64,000 nt of DNA. Source: an uncultured Bacteroidaceae bacterium (GTDB lineage: Bacteria > Bacteroidota > Bacteroidia > Bacteroidales > Bacteroidaceae). The position numbers and the translations under genes are program-made. Where the stretch lies: contig CAYRFX010000002.1 in assembly GCA_964423665.1 (NCBI GenBank), positions 4,245 to 68,244 on the forward strand, written 5' to 3'. The number at the start of each line of letters is the position of its first letter. Position 1 is the first letter of the stretch. The notes beneath the pieces were generated by a model. The model saw only the letters and a program-made list of their open reading frames with translations, searched no databases and was not told the DNA's origin. Shown here one piece after another: positions 28,603-37,302 of this stretch.

Positions 28603-31600
28603 TTACTTAATCACAACCTTCTTACCGTTTACGATGTAAATACCCTTCTCTGTAATTACATCTATCTTGCGACCTTGGAGGTCATAAATCTTGGCAGTTC
28701 CCTGCTCGCTCATAATCTCCTCTATGCCGGTGGTGTTGCTTATGGTGCCGGCGTAGTTGGCGGGAGTGAGAGAGGTGATGCCGTCGGGGAGAGCAAGAAC
28801 TATGTTGCTGAGGCTGAACTCGGCACTTGCTGCGGTGAAGGCGTCGGTGGCTCTCACGGTGATTACAAGCACGTCGCCGCTATAATTCTTGAACAGTGCA
28901 TTGGTCTGTGAGGTACACATTATCTTGGTGGTGTTCTCGCTTATCTTGTTCGATGCGACAGAGTGTTTCTTATAGTTGGTGCGGCTGCCAAAGTCTATCA
29001 TGTCGCACTCGTTCTCCTCGTCATAAACTATCTCTATGCCGGTGGGGAGGGTGAGCTCGAACTCTATCTGGCAGATATCGGTATCGGGGTTCTCCATGAG
29101 TACCTCTATCTCTTTCTCCTCACCTGCACCTATAGAGAAGGGTTCGATGGTGAGAGAGGATTGTGCTGCGCTACGGGTTTGTGCTGCGGCTTTCTTGGGG
29201 GCTGCGGCACTTGAGCTACTGTTCAGGATTATATTTACAAGAGCTGCAATATCAGATACATTTATGCGAGTATCGCCATTTACATCGGCAGCCTTCACGT
29301 TAAATCCTTCAGTATCGTAACCCAAGATAATACATACCAAACCGGCAATATCAGATACATTAATACGAGAATCACTATTTACATCACCACTAATATGTGA
29401 TTCAACAGTAATACACGAAGCACTCCAAGGCACATCATGCTGAACTTTGCCTTCACTATCCGACATAACGATATCTTTTACATCAATCACATAATCACCA
29501 TCTGCCATATCCTCTGCGACATTAACAATCATAGACAGCACAGCACCTTCATTACCACTGAACACAGCCTTGTTGAGCGAATAGCACACCACGCGTATTG
29601 AGCCATCAGCTTGAAGAGTGCTTTCAAGAGTATGCTTCTTGCGAGTTGTACGCTCTGTCAATAAATCAATCAGTTCATATCCCTCATCATCTACCGCGAA
29701 TGTTACGCCATGGGGCAAGATAACATCAAATTGGAAGCCGGCAATCTCATCAACATTATTCATATTAACAAGAATAGTAGCCTGCTCACCTGCATGAGCT
29801 GTAACATTCTCAAACTTGATATTATTTGAATAGTTTACATTTATTCTGAGCCCAAAAGTCTCAATCGCTGAATTTATTTGTGCAGTGAGCAGTTCCACAT
29901 CTGTGTTCAACATATCATCGGACACTTTAGCAGCAACCTCATCTATCACAGCCTGCAAAGCCGCTTTGCTACCCTTTACATATTCGCCCACATTGTCTCC
30001 TTCCACGCTATTATCATATAATACCTGAGCATTGGCAAGCAGAACTTTAAGAGCTGTAATAGCCTCGCCATTGTTCCCTTTGAATGCACTGAAGTACTGT
30101 TCCCACGAAGAATAATCGCTATCGGCAGGAATTGTCAGAATTGCATTTTCCGATATACCACTAAACACATCGCTTCCCAAAGAGGGCGCAACCGTTGCAG
30201 CAGTAATAACAGAAGCAAGGCTTGAACAACCCTTGAAAGCCTCGTTTCCTATTGTTGTCAAAGTAGATGGCAGGCTGGCACATTGAAGATTTACATAATT
30301 ATTGAATATATAAGCCGGGAGGATAGTTATCCCTTCCTCAACAACAATATTCTTTATACTGCTTGAGAAACTGCTCCATGATGTTGAAGAGACAGCACCA
30401 TTGCCGCTTATAATCAATGTACCATTATACAGGTTCCATGAGGCATCATCGCCACACTCGCCACTATTGGAAGCCGAAGCAAGCGAGCAGGTTTCACCGG
30501 TATTTGAAAATCCCACAGATGTGGGTAATACTTGTGAAGAAAGGTTGCTGACTCTAACAACCCATTTTACTTTGAATGCCGAAACCGCAAACTGAAATTT
30601 CACATCAACATACACATAATCATAAGGAACGGTACCATAACCAGCCGACTGGGTTGAATAATAATATGTGCTATAATCGCCATCATTCAACCCGCTTAAA
30701 GAACCAGCGTTTGTTGCTAAAGAGTTTGTTGTAACATCACTAATGAGATATTCCATCTTATAACCACTCTCATCGTAAAACTCCAATTCGGCAAACGAAA
30801 CCGTAGGGTAGCCATTATAAACCACTGACTTGTTCGACTCAAAAACAGTTATACGGATACCGCTTTGCTCTGTATCGAACTTATACAATGGAGATTCCCA
30901 AACAGCATTGTCATCTACCATGGAATTAGAAGGAAGACCATCTGTCTCGGAAACATAAAAAGGATATTTCACCATTGAGACCTGGGACTCAACCTCTTTA
31001 GACATATTAAAGTATGGAATCCATTTTGAGTAATCACTGCCAACGGGATAAATCAATGAGGTGGCAGAAGAGAGACCGGCAAAAGACAATTCATTTATGG
31101 CAGGAGCCTCCGGCGCCAATGTAGTAACTGTTTCCAACGAGGTGCAGCCATAGAACACAGAAGAGGACAATGAAACCAACTTAGAAGGGAGAGTTATAGA
31201 GCTTAACCCGCTACAACCTGCAAAAGCCTTTGAAGCAATATAAGCGACATTCTCGGGGATAGTTACACTTGTAACAGAAGTTGAACCGCTGAAAGCCTCC
31301 TCGCCAATACCGGTTACAGTGTATGTAGTGCCATTATATACAACAGAAGCAGGAATCTCCACATCACCACAATACTCAACAACAGATTTAACAACCTCAC
31401 ATGTGGAATTTGCAGCAGATGATATGCTATAATACAATCCGTTTGCCTCAAAATAACCAAGCTCATCAACATTAGTAAAGTTCTTCCAATAATCGGCACT
31501 CTTATAAAGAGCCGCAGAATTGCATGGCACATGCAGTATTGCACCGCTATAAAGACTTGTATAGAAAGAACTTACTAGGAGACTCGCAGGCTGGGAAGCA

Positions 31601-32766
31601 AAGACGTATAAATCCTTGATGTTTCTTGTTGCCCCCGAGAATGCATAACCGCCTATACTTTCCAAAGAAGAGGGCAGAACAACCTTGGTTAAATTCTCGC
31701 AATTATAGAATGCATACTCGCCTATGGAGGTTACTGTTTCGGGCAGTGTTACCGAGGCAAGAGATGTGCAACCATTGAAGGCGTTATCTCCCACCGATGT
31801 TACGGTATATTTTTTACCACCCCATGTTATACTTGACGGAACAACAATATCACCCACATATTCTTGCGTAAACTCATCATAGGTGGTGCCATCAAAAGTA
31901 ACCTCGCAGGTGGCAGCCACCTCCGATGTAACCCTGTAACTGATACCATCTACCACAAAATAGTCGAGTTCCACAATGCTGGGGAAATTATCCCAGAATT
32001 CTGCTATATGATAAACATCACGAGTGCCATAAGGGACATGAAGGACAACATCACTATTGCTATACATATAATAAGACCCATAATCAACAACGGAAGGAGG
32101 TGTAGGTGCCATACAATACAACTTGGTTATTCCAGCATTATAAAGAAATGCATAAGCTTGGATATCTGTTATATTTGAGCCTAAATAGACCGTATTCAAT
32201 ACATTACTACCAGAATGCCATGAAGTAGAATAGCAAACTGCATTTTCAGGAACAGTTTGCACCCCATGACCTATATAAAGTGATTTAAGGTCGTTTACGT
32301 AAGCAACAGCACACGACCCAATCTTGGTAACATTGCTTGGAATTTCCAATTTTGACAATCCATTTATACTGGACAATGCATTAGAGCCCAAACTTTCAAC
32401 ACTTGCAGGGATAACTATATCTGCAAGTGAAGTATAACGAAACGCACTATGTCCAATGCTAAAGATTGTATTTGGCAGTTTTACATTTGTCAGGTAATCG
32501 CAGGCATAAAAGGCCATCTCTCCGATAGCCGTTACCGTATAAGTGTATCCATGATACTCCACGGTTTCCGGTATAACAACCTCTCCGGAATATTCATCGT
32601 CATAACTACCAGACGCGCTACCTTTGAATGTAACCTCAACAGTTTTTGCACTCTCATCGGTGATGTTGTAAAAAATACCATCTACCTCAAAATCGTGGGC
32701 ACTTGCCACCGTGCTACACAGCAATGCTATTGCCGGCAACAACAATTTAAGATAAAACTTTTTCAT
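28603..32766 (-). CDS. T9SS-secreted BspA-type leucine-rich-repeat surface protein ending in cohesin-like, dockerin and cohesin-like modules
   Basis: 1387 aa from ATG 32766 (signal MKKFYLKLLLPAIALLCSTVASA). Four LRR_5-like modules (e.g. YTVTAIGEMAFYACDYLTNVKLPNTI, YTVTSVGDNAFNGCTSLASVTLPETV). One discoidin-like segment (AELEFYDESG...LNDGDYSTYYYS). A duplicated dockerin loop (DVNSDSRINVSDIAGLV / DVNGDTRINVSDIAALV). Two beta-rich modules with FQFDVILPHGV and IEFELTLPTGI. C-terminal T9SS sorting domain KIYDLQGRKIDVITEKGIYIVNGKKVVIK. Confidence 0.8.
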   Translation of the reverse strand: MKKFYLKLLLPAIALLCSTVASAHDFEVDGIFYNITDESAKTVEVTFKGSASGSYDDEYSGEVVIPETVEYHGYTYTVTAIGEMAFYACDYLTNVKLPNTIFSIGHSAFRYTSLADIVIPASVESLGSNALSSINGLSKLEIPSNVTKIGSCAVAYVNDLKSLYIGHGVQTVPENAVCYSTSWHSGSNVLNTVYLGSNITDIQAYAFLYNAGITKLYCMAPTPPSVVDYGSYYMYSNSDVVLHVPYGTRDVYHIAEFWDNFPSIVELDYFVVDGISYRVTSEVAATCEVTFDGTTYDEFTQEYVGDIVVPSSITWGGKKYTVTSVGDNAFNGCTSLASVTLPETVTSIGEYAFYNCENLTKVVLPSSLESIGGYAFSGATRNIKDLYVFASQPASLLVSSFYTSLYSGAILHVPCNSAALYKSADYWKNFTNVDELGYFEANGLYYSISSAANSTCEVVKSVVEYCGDVEIPASVVYNGTTYTVTGIGEEAFSGSTSVTSVTIPENVAYIASKAFAGCSGLSSITLPSKLVSLSSSVFYGCTSLETVTTLAPEAPAINELSFAGLSSATSLIYPVGSDYSKWIPYFNMSKEVESQVSMVKYPFYVSETDGLPSNSMVDDNAVWESPLYKFDTEQSGIRITVFESNKSVVYNGYPTVSFAELEFYDESGYKMEYLISDVTTNSLATNAGSLSGLNDGDYSTYYYSTQSAGYGTVPYDYVYVDVKFQFAVSAFKVKWVVRVSNLSSQVLPTSVGFSNTGETCSLASASNSGECGDDASWNLYNGTLIISGNGAVSSTSWSSFSSSIKNIVVEEGITILPAYIFNNYVNLQCASLPSTLTTIGNEAFKGCSSLASVITAATVAPSLGSDVFSGISENAILTIPADSDYSSWEQYFSAFKGNNGEAITALKVLLANAQVLYDNSVEGDNVGEYVKGSKAALQAVIDEVAAKVSDDMLNTDVELLTAQINSAIETFGLRINVNYSNNIKFENVTAHAGEQATILVNMNNVDEIAGFQFDVILPHGVTFAVDDEGYELIDLLTERTTRKKHTLESTLQADGSIRVVCYSLNKAVFSGNEGAVLSMIVNVAEDMADGDYVIDVKDIVMSDSEGKVQHDVPWSASCITVESHISGDVNSDSRINVSDIAGLVCIILGYDTEGFNVKAADVNGDTRINVSDIAALVNIILNSSSSAAAPKKAAAQTRSAAQSSLTIEPFSIGAGEEKEIEVLMENPDTDICQIEFELTLPTGIEIVYDEENECDMIDFGSRTNYKKHSVASNKISENTTKIMCTSQTNALFKNYSGDVLVITVRATDAFTAASAEFSLSNIVLALPDGITSLTPANYAGTISNTTGIEEIMSEQGTAKIYDLQGRKIDVITEKGIYIVNGKKVVIK
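29246..29385 (-). repeat. Intragenic 41-nt direct repeat encoding the two dockerin Ca-binding loops
   Basis: 29246-29286 and 29345-29385 match at 36 of 41 positions by my alignment, with a period of 99 nt (33 aa). Confidence 0.8.
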
Positions 32767-32820
32767 ATTAATGTAATTGGCTCCCCCAATTCCCCGATAG
32801 GAGTGTTTATAAAAAGAAAA

Positions 32821-32907
32821 GCGTGGGAACTGCACCTGTTGCTCGTTCCACGCATAGAGGCTCTGGCATCGCCCTTCAGTCAAGAACGAGCAACGCAGAG
32901 CCCACGC
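32821..32907 (-). promoter_or_regulatory. Nested hairpin in the long 5' leader of the LRR gene
   Basis: Helices 32821-32827/32901-32907 (7 bp), 32830-32833/32895-32898 (4 bp) and 32838-32848/32884-32894 (11 bp). An alternative partner ccacgc at 32848-32853 could pair with 32821-32826 instead. Confidence 0.4.
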
Positions 32908-33148
32908 CGATATATTAGCATTTGAGGAATGACATTTGCACACCACTCCCTCATGCGTAATACACGCCCATAGGCATCTACCGTTGCCTTGTCTTTGACT
33001 GAATATGAAACTGCCAGATTTCTATGCGTCAAGAACAAAGCGTCAAGTAAACGCTTCTAAAAAATTATTTCCCACCCTGCCGCCTCGCAAAAGGCATCGG
33101 CGTGGGGGAGAGCCGTTTACAAAATGTATAAATGGACTCAACCAACGG

Positions 33149-33156
33149 CAAAGATA
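33149..33156 (-). promoter_or_regulatory. Candidate -7 box (TATCTTTG) far upstream of the LRR gene
   Basis: The only exact TAnnTTTG I found on the minus strand in 32767-33315. It implies a leader of about 375 nt. Confidence 0.3.
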
Positions 33157-33283
33157 TAATTTCTTTTATTCATTACAAAATTTTATTATTTTAACAAGCT
33201 GTTTAATTCCTTGATAGAGCTGCAATAACCCTCGCAGGCAACAATATTCGCAGGTAAAATATTATTTCAACATCTTTTTTTGT

Positions 33284-33291
33284 TATCTTCG
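33284..33291 (+). promoter_or_regulatory. Near-consensus -7 box (TATCTTCG) for pyrC
   Basis: One mismatch to TAnnTTTG, 25 nt upstream of ATG 33316. The same TATCTTCG box recurs 27-35 nt upstream of the genes starting at 37303 and 53801. Confidence 0.35.
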
Positions 33292-33315
33292 CACAAAGTA
33301 TAAAAAGACACAAGC

Positions 33316-34644
33316 ATGAGAATACTAATAAGCAACCCCATAATAGTGAATGAGGGGGAGAGTTTCAGAGGTTCCATCGTGATAAACAATGGCAGAATAG
33401 CCGAAATACTCAAAGGAGACAAGTTGCCGACGAGAGAGATTGACTGCATTGTAGAGGCGGGTGATATGTTCCTTATTCCCGGCGTTATTGATGACCATGT
33501 GCATTTTCGCGAGCCCGGGCTCACTGCAAAAGCCGATATTCGCAGCGAGAGCCGTGCCGCTGCTGCCGGCGGTGTAACATCTTTCATGGAGATGCCCAAC
33601 ACAGTGCCGCAAACCACCACGCTGGCTGCATTGAAGGAGAAATTTTCCATTGCCGCAAAAGAGAGCCTCATAAACTACTCTTTCTATTTTGGTGCCACAA
33701 ACAACAATTACAAGTACTTCAACAAGCTGAACCCGCGCCGTGTGTGCGGAATAAAGCTTTTCATGGGGTCGAGCACCGGCAATATGCTGGTAGATGAGGC
33801 AGACAAGCTCGAAAAGATCTTCTTCACAGCAAACCTGCCTGTGGCTGTGCATTGCGAAGATGGTGCCACCATTGCTGCAAACACCAAAAGAGTGGTTGCA
33901 CGCGAAGGTAACAACCCCGATGTCTCCTTCCACCCTGTGATACGAGACAGCAAGGCATGCTACCGCAGCACGCAGACCGCGGTGGAGCTTGCCAAAAAGC
34001 ATGGCACCAAGCTGCATATCATGCATATAAGCACAAAAAGGGAGCTTTCGTTGCTAAGGCATGCAGGCGATAATATCACTGCCGAGGTTACACCTGCACA
34101 CCTCACATTCTGCAGCGACGACTACAGCCGCTTAGGTACAAAGATAAAGTGTAACCCTGCAATAAAAAGCAGTGCCGACCGCGATGCTCTGCGCAAGGCT
34201 ACCGCAAAGGGGCTGATTGATGTGGTGGGGACAGACCATGCGCCACACCTCCCCAAGGACAAAGAGGGCGGAGCACTCACAGCTGCGTCGGGCATGCCAA
34301 GCATACAGTTCTCCCTGCTTGCCATGCTGAAGTTAGTTGATGACGGCGTGCTCACAATGGAGACATTGGTGGAGAAGATGTGCCACGCACCCGCAAGAAT
34401 TTTCGGAGTGAGCAAGAGAGGCTTCATAAAAAGAGGATTTGCGGCAGATTTTGTACTATTGCGCCCCAACGCCCCGCACACAATCGAGAAAAAAGGTATT
34501 ATAAGCAAATGCGGGTGGAGCCCCTTTGAAGGCGACACCTTCAACTGGGCTGTTGCACAAACATGGGTAAACGGCGAGTGTGCATACAAAGAGGGTGTAA
34601 TTAATGAAGATGTGAGAGGAAAAGCTCTTATATTCAGCCGATGA
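33316..34644 (+). CDS. pyrC: Dihydroorotase (cyclic amidohydrolase family)
   Basis: 442 aa with the metal-binding motif GVIDDHVHFREPG and a typical amidohydrolase layout (DVVGTDHAPH). Confidence 0.85.
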   Translation: MRILISNPIIVNEGESFRGSIVINNGRIAEILKGDKLPTREIDCIVEAGDMFLIPGVIDDHVHFREPGLTAKADIRSESRAAAAGGVTSFMEMPNTVPQTTTLAALKEKFSIAAKESLINYSFYFGATNNNYKYFNKLNPRRVCGIKLFMGSSTGNMLVDEADKLEKIFFTANLPVAVHCEDGATIAANTKRVVAREGNNPDVSFHPVIRDSKACYRSTQTAVELAKKHGTKLHIMHISTKRELSLLRHAGDNITAEVTPAHLTFCSDDYSRLGTKIKCNPAIKSSADRDALRKATAKGLIDVVGTDHAPHLPKDKEGGALTAASGMPSIQFSLLAMLKLVDDGVLTMETLVEKMCHAPARIFGVSKRGFIKRGFAADFVLLRPNAPHTIEKKGIISKCGWSPFEGDTFNWAVAQTWVNGECAYKEGVINEDVRGKALIFSR

Positions 34645-35456
34645 AAAAACATATTTTCTGTTACACCGTTCCGCAGCTGCTGCCATACATTGATTGGAGC
34701 TATTTTTTCCATGCGTGGGGTATTGAGACACGCGCATGGGAGAGCGAGCATGCACAAGAGGTGAAGCGCGACGCTCTTGCCCTGCTACACAGCATGGGAG
34801 GGAGTATTATTGCAAAAGCCGTATTTGCTCTGTGCAACGCAAGAGGCTGTAACGAAAATATTATCATAGAAGAGAATACCACGCTGCCATTATTGCGGCA
34901 GCAACATGCGCGCCGGGGGGAGCCCAACCTCTGTTTGAGCGATTTTGTTTCACCGCATGGCGACAGAATAGGGCTGTTCGCAACCACAACAAGCATAGAG
35001 CAGCACAATAAGAGCAACGACACTTATAAAAAGCTGTTACTGCAAACCATTACAAGCCGACTGGCAGAGGCGGCAGCAACCCTCATGCACAAAGATGTGC
35101 GCACAAACGCCGGCTTATGGGGATATTCACCGGGCGAAAATCTCACCCCCGAGGAGCTTAATGCAGAAAAGTTTCAAGGAATACGCCCCGCTGTGGGCTA
35201 CCCTTCACTGCCCGACCAGTCTGTGATATTTATTATAGACAAACTGCTGCAACTGCACTCTATTGGCATAGAACTCACACAGAATGGAGCAATGAAGCCA
35301 CACGCTTCGGTTTGCGGAATAATGATTGGTCACCCGGCAGCACGATATTTTGCAGTGGGCAAGATAAGCGACGAACAGCTGCACGACTACGCGCTGCGCC
35401 GTGGAATTGCAGCCGAAGATTTACACAAATTCCTGTATAAAAATGTAACGCAATAG
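34641..35456 (+). CDS. Stand-alone methionine synthase (MetH) reactivation / AdoMet-binding domain protein
   Basis: IRPAVGYPSLPDQS...AMKPHASVCGIMIGHPAARYFAVGKISDEQLHDYALRRGI closely parallels the E. coli MetH C-terminal activation domain (RPAPGYPACPEH...PGASVSGWYFSHPDSKYYAV). ATGA overlap with the pyrC stop. Confidence 0.85.
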   Translation: MKKHIFCYTVPQLLPYIDWSYFFHAWGIETRAWESEHAQEVKRDALALLHSMGGSIIAKAVFALCNARGCNENIIIEENTTLPLLRQQHARRGEPNLCLSDFVSPHGDRIGLFATTTSIEQHNKSNDTYKKLLLQTITSRLAEAAATLMHKDVRTNAGLWGYSPGENLTPEELNAEKFQGIRPAVGYPSLPDQSVIFIIDKLLQLHSIGIELTQNGAMKPHASVCGIMIGHPAARYFAVGKISDEQLHDYALRRGIAAEDLHKFLYKNVTQ

Positions 35457-35559
35457 CCATTAAGAGAGGATATACAACAAACTTTCGCAAAAGATTTATA
35501 AAAAATCGGAAAAGAAAAGCTATCTTAGCGCAAGATTACCATATTAAACAATTCAAACA

Positions 35560-36297
35560 ATGAAACTCAGAAAGATTCTACACCCGTTTTATGTATTGTA
35601 CCAATTGGTTTTTGCATGGTGGGCAGCCTTGATAACAATAGCCCTAACCTGCATAGGTATCAGCCTGTTTGGCAGATATTTGAAGATAAAGAACGGTGAT
35701 TACTACCCCGCACTTATACTCTTCCGCGTAGTATGCTGGATATGTCTTATCCCCGTAAAGGTGATTGACCGCGACAAATATGTGGAGAAAGACAAGAATT
35801 ATGTATTTGTGGCAAACCACCAAGGATTGTTCGATGTGTTGGTGATGTATGGTTATGTACGCAAGAACTTCAAATGGATGATGAAGGCCTCTTTGCGCAA
35901 GGTGCCTCTATTGGGTAAGGCTTGTGCCGACACCGACCACATCTATGTTGACCGCACCACACCGCAGAAAGATATTCTGCGCAAGGCTCTCAACATTTTG
36001 AAAAGCGGCAAATCAATGTCTATCTTCCCCGAGGGCACACGTTGCCGCGACGGAAAGTTAGGCACATTCAAGAAGGGTGCGTTTGTTGTGGCAAATATGG
36101 CACAGAAGCCTGTTGTTCCTGTGGCTATCCAGGGTTCATACGAACTTATGCCCCCGGGCAAGATTTTCTTGCACTGGTCATCAATTAAACTCACATTCCA
36201 TGCACCGATAGAGTGCAAAGGGCGCGACGCCGAGAATGTGGAATACCTGATGAACACCTCTCGCGAGGTTATTGCCAAGACTCTTGGAGAGGCGTAA
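35560..36297 (+). CDS. plsC: 1-acyl-sn-glycerol-3-phosphate acyltransferase
   Basis: Acyltransferase motifs NHQGLFD (HX4D) and FPEGTR, with an N-terminal membrane anchor. Confidence 0.9.
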   Translation: MKLRKILHPFYVLYQLVFAWWAALITIALTCIGISLFGRYLKIKNGDYYPALILFRVVCWICLIPVKVIDRDKYVEKDKNYVFVANHQGLFDVLVMYGYVRKNFKWMMKASLRKVPLLGKACADTDHIYVDRTTPQKDILRKALNILKSGKSMSIFPEGTRCRDGKLGTFKKGAFVVANMAQKPVVPVAIQGSYELMPPGKIFLHWSSIKLTFHAPIECKGRDAENVEYLMNTSREVIAKTLGEA

Positions 36298-36332
36298 AGA
36301 AGGAGTGCTCTCCCGAGAATACCACAAAAAAA

Positions 36333-36356
36333 GAAAACGATGTGCGCATCGTTTTC
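36333..36356. terminator. Bidirectional terminator between convergent genes
   Basis: A 10-bp stem gaaaacgatg/catcgttttc with a 4-nt loop, flanked by an A-tract upstream and a T-tract downstream. Confidence 0.7.
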
Positions 36357-36373
36357 TTTTTTTATGTGGGGTG

Positions 36374-37081
36374 TTAATCGAGCAACCGCTGCTGTTTCAA
36401 CCGCGCCGCGTTCTCGCGGGCAACATCATAGAAAGCCTTTACAAAGGAGTCGTTGCGAAAAGCATCGGGAGCATCATTGAACAGCGTTTCAAGTTCTGTA
36501 TTAAGAATGGGGGCAGGCACCGCACTATACATCATTGCGAATATGCACGGACCAAGCACATTATTCATATTACGCCTCACATAACTGTTCATAAGTTTCT
36601 CAACAGCCTCGCCCACAATCTCAATGGAGTCGTTCACACAATCGGCGGCGGCCTCGACAGAACAGCCGTTCAGTATTAAAGAGGTTTCCCTGCGTTCAAG
36701 TTCCGTCATACGCGCTTCGAGCTGTGCCTGTTCGCGCACAAGGGTATTGAGTTCCTCGTTAAGCGGAGTGCCGCCAATGGTTATCATATTATCGGTAATC
36801 TCAAATTCAATGGTACCCCTTTCTGCAACAAAGGGAAATACAGGGACATTGCCTATGCAGAACGAAGCTATAAAAGCGGTATCGACCGGGCCACACATCT
36901 CAAATGCACCGTGCGACACACGGCATGAGTCTATTGTGCGATATACGCCACCCTCCATCTTCTTTATATAGACATATTCATCATTTATAATATCGGACAA
37001 TATTGTACCTTTTACACAAAAATCGTTGTTGCATGAGACTATAAACAATGAGAGGAAAAGCAGTGCAAAAGTGTTTTTCAT
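36374..37081 (-). CDS. DUF4369-like lipoprotein of unknown function
   Basis: Lipoprotein signal MKNTFALLFLSLFIVSC. The N-terminal beta-rich domain resembles the N-domain of the TlpA-like protein at 26138. The C-terminal part looks helical. No catalytic motif was recognised. Confidence 0.6.
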   Translation of the reverse strand: MKNTFALLFLSLFIVSCNNDFCVKGTILSDIINDEYVYIKKMEGGVYRTIDSCRVSHGAFEMCGPVDTAFIASFCIGNVPVFPFVAERGTIEFEITDNMITIGGTPLNEELNTLVREQAQLEARMTELERRETSLILNGCSVEAAADCVNDSIEIVGEAVEKLMNSYVRRNMNNVLGPCIFAMMYSAVPAPILNTELETLFNDAPDAFRNDSFVKAFYDVARENAARLKQQRLLD

Positions 37082-37302
37082 ATTCCAAATTTATTATTCT
37101 TTTTTATTTGCATGGGCGAAGATAACAACATTTCCAATATCACAAAGTTTTGTTAATCAATTTTATGATTTCATCGCCATCTATAACATTTTACAACAAA
37201 AATAGAGCTGCAAAAGGCAAGTTTCACATAAAAGAGAAAGGGCGATGAAGTTTTTTTCACTATCTTCGCGCCCAAGAAAAATTTTTATAAAGTTATATAA
37301 TT

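Noticed and set aside
33005-33214. 69-aa basic ORF in the divergent intergenic region between the LRR gene and pyrC
   Set aside because: It has no motif, sits in promoter or leader DNA, and its composition (Arg/Lys/Pro-rich) looks like a chance ORF.
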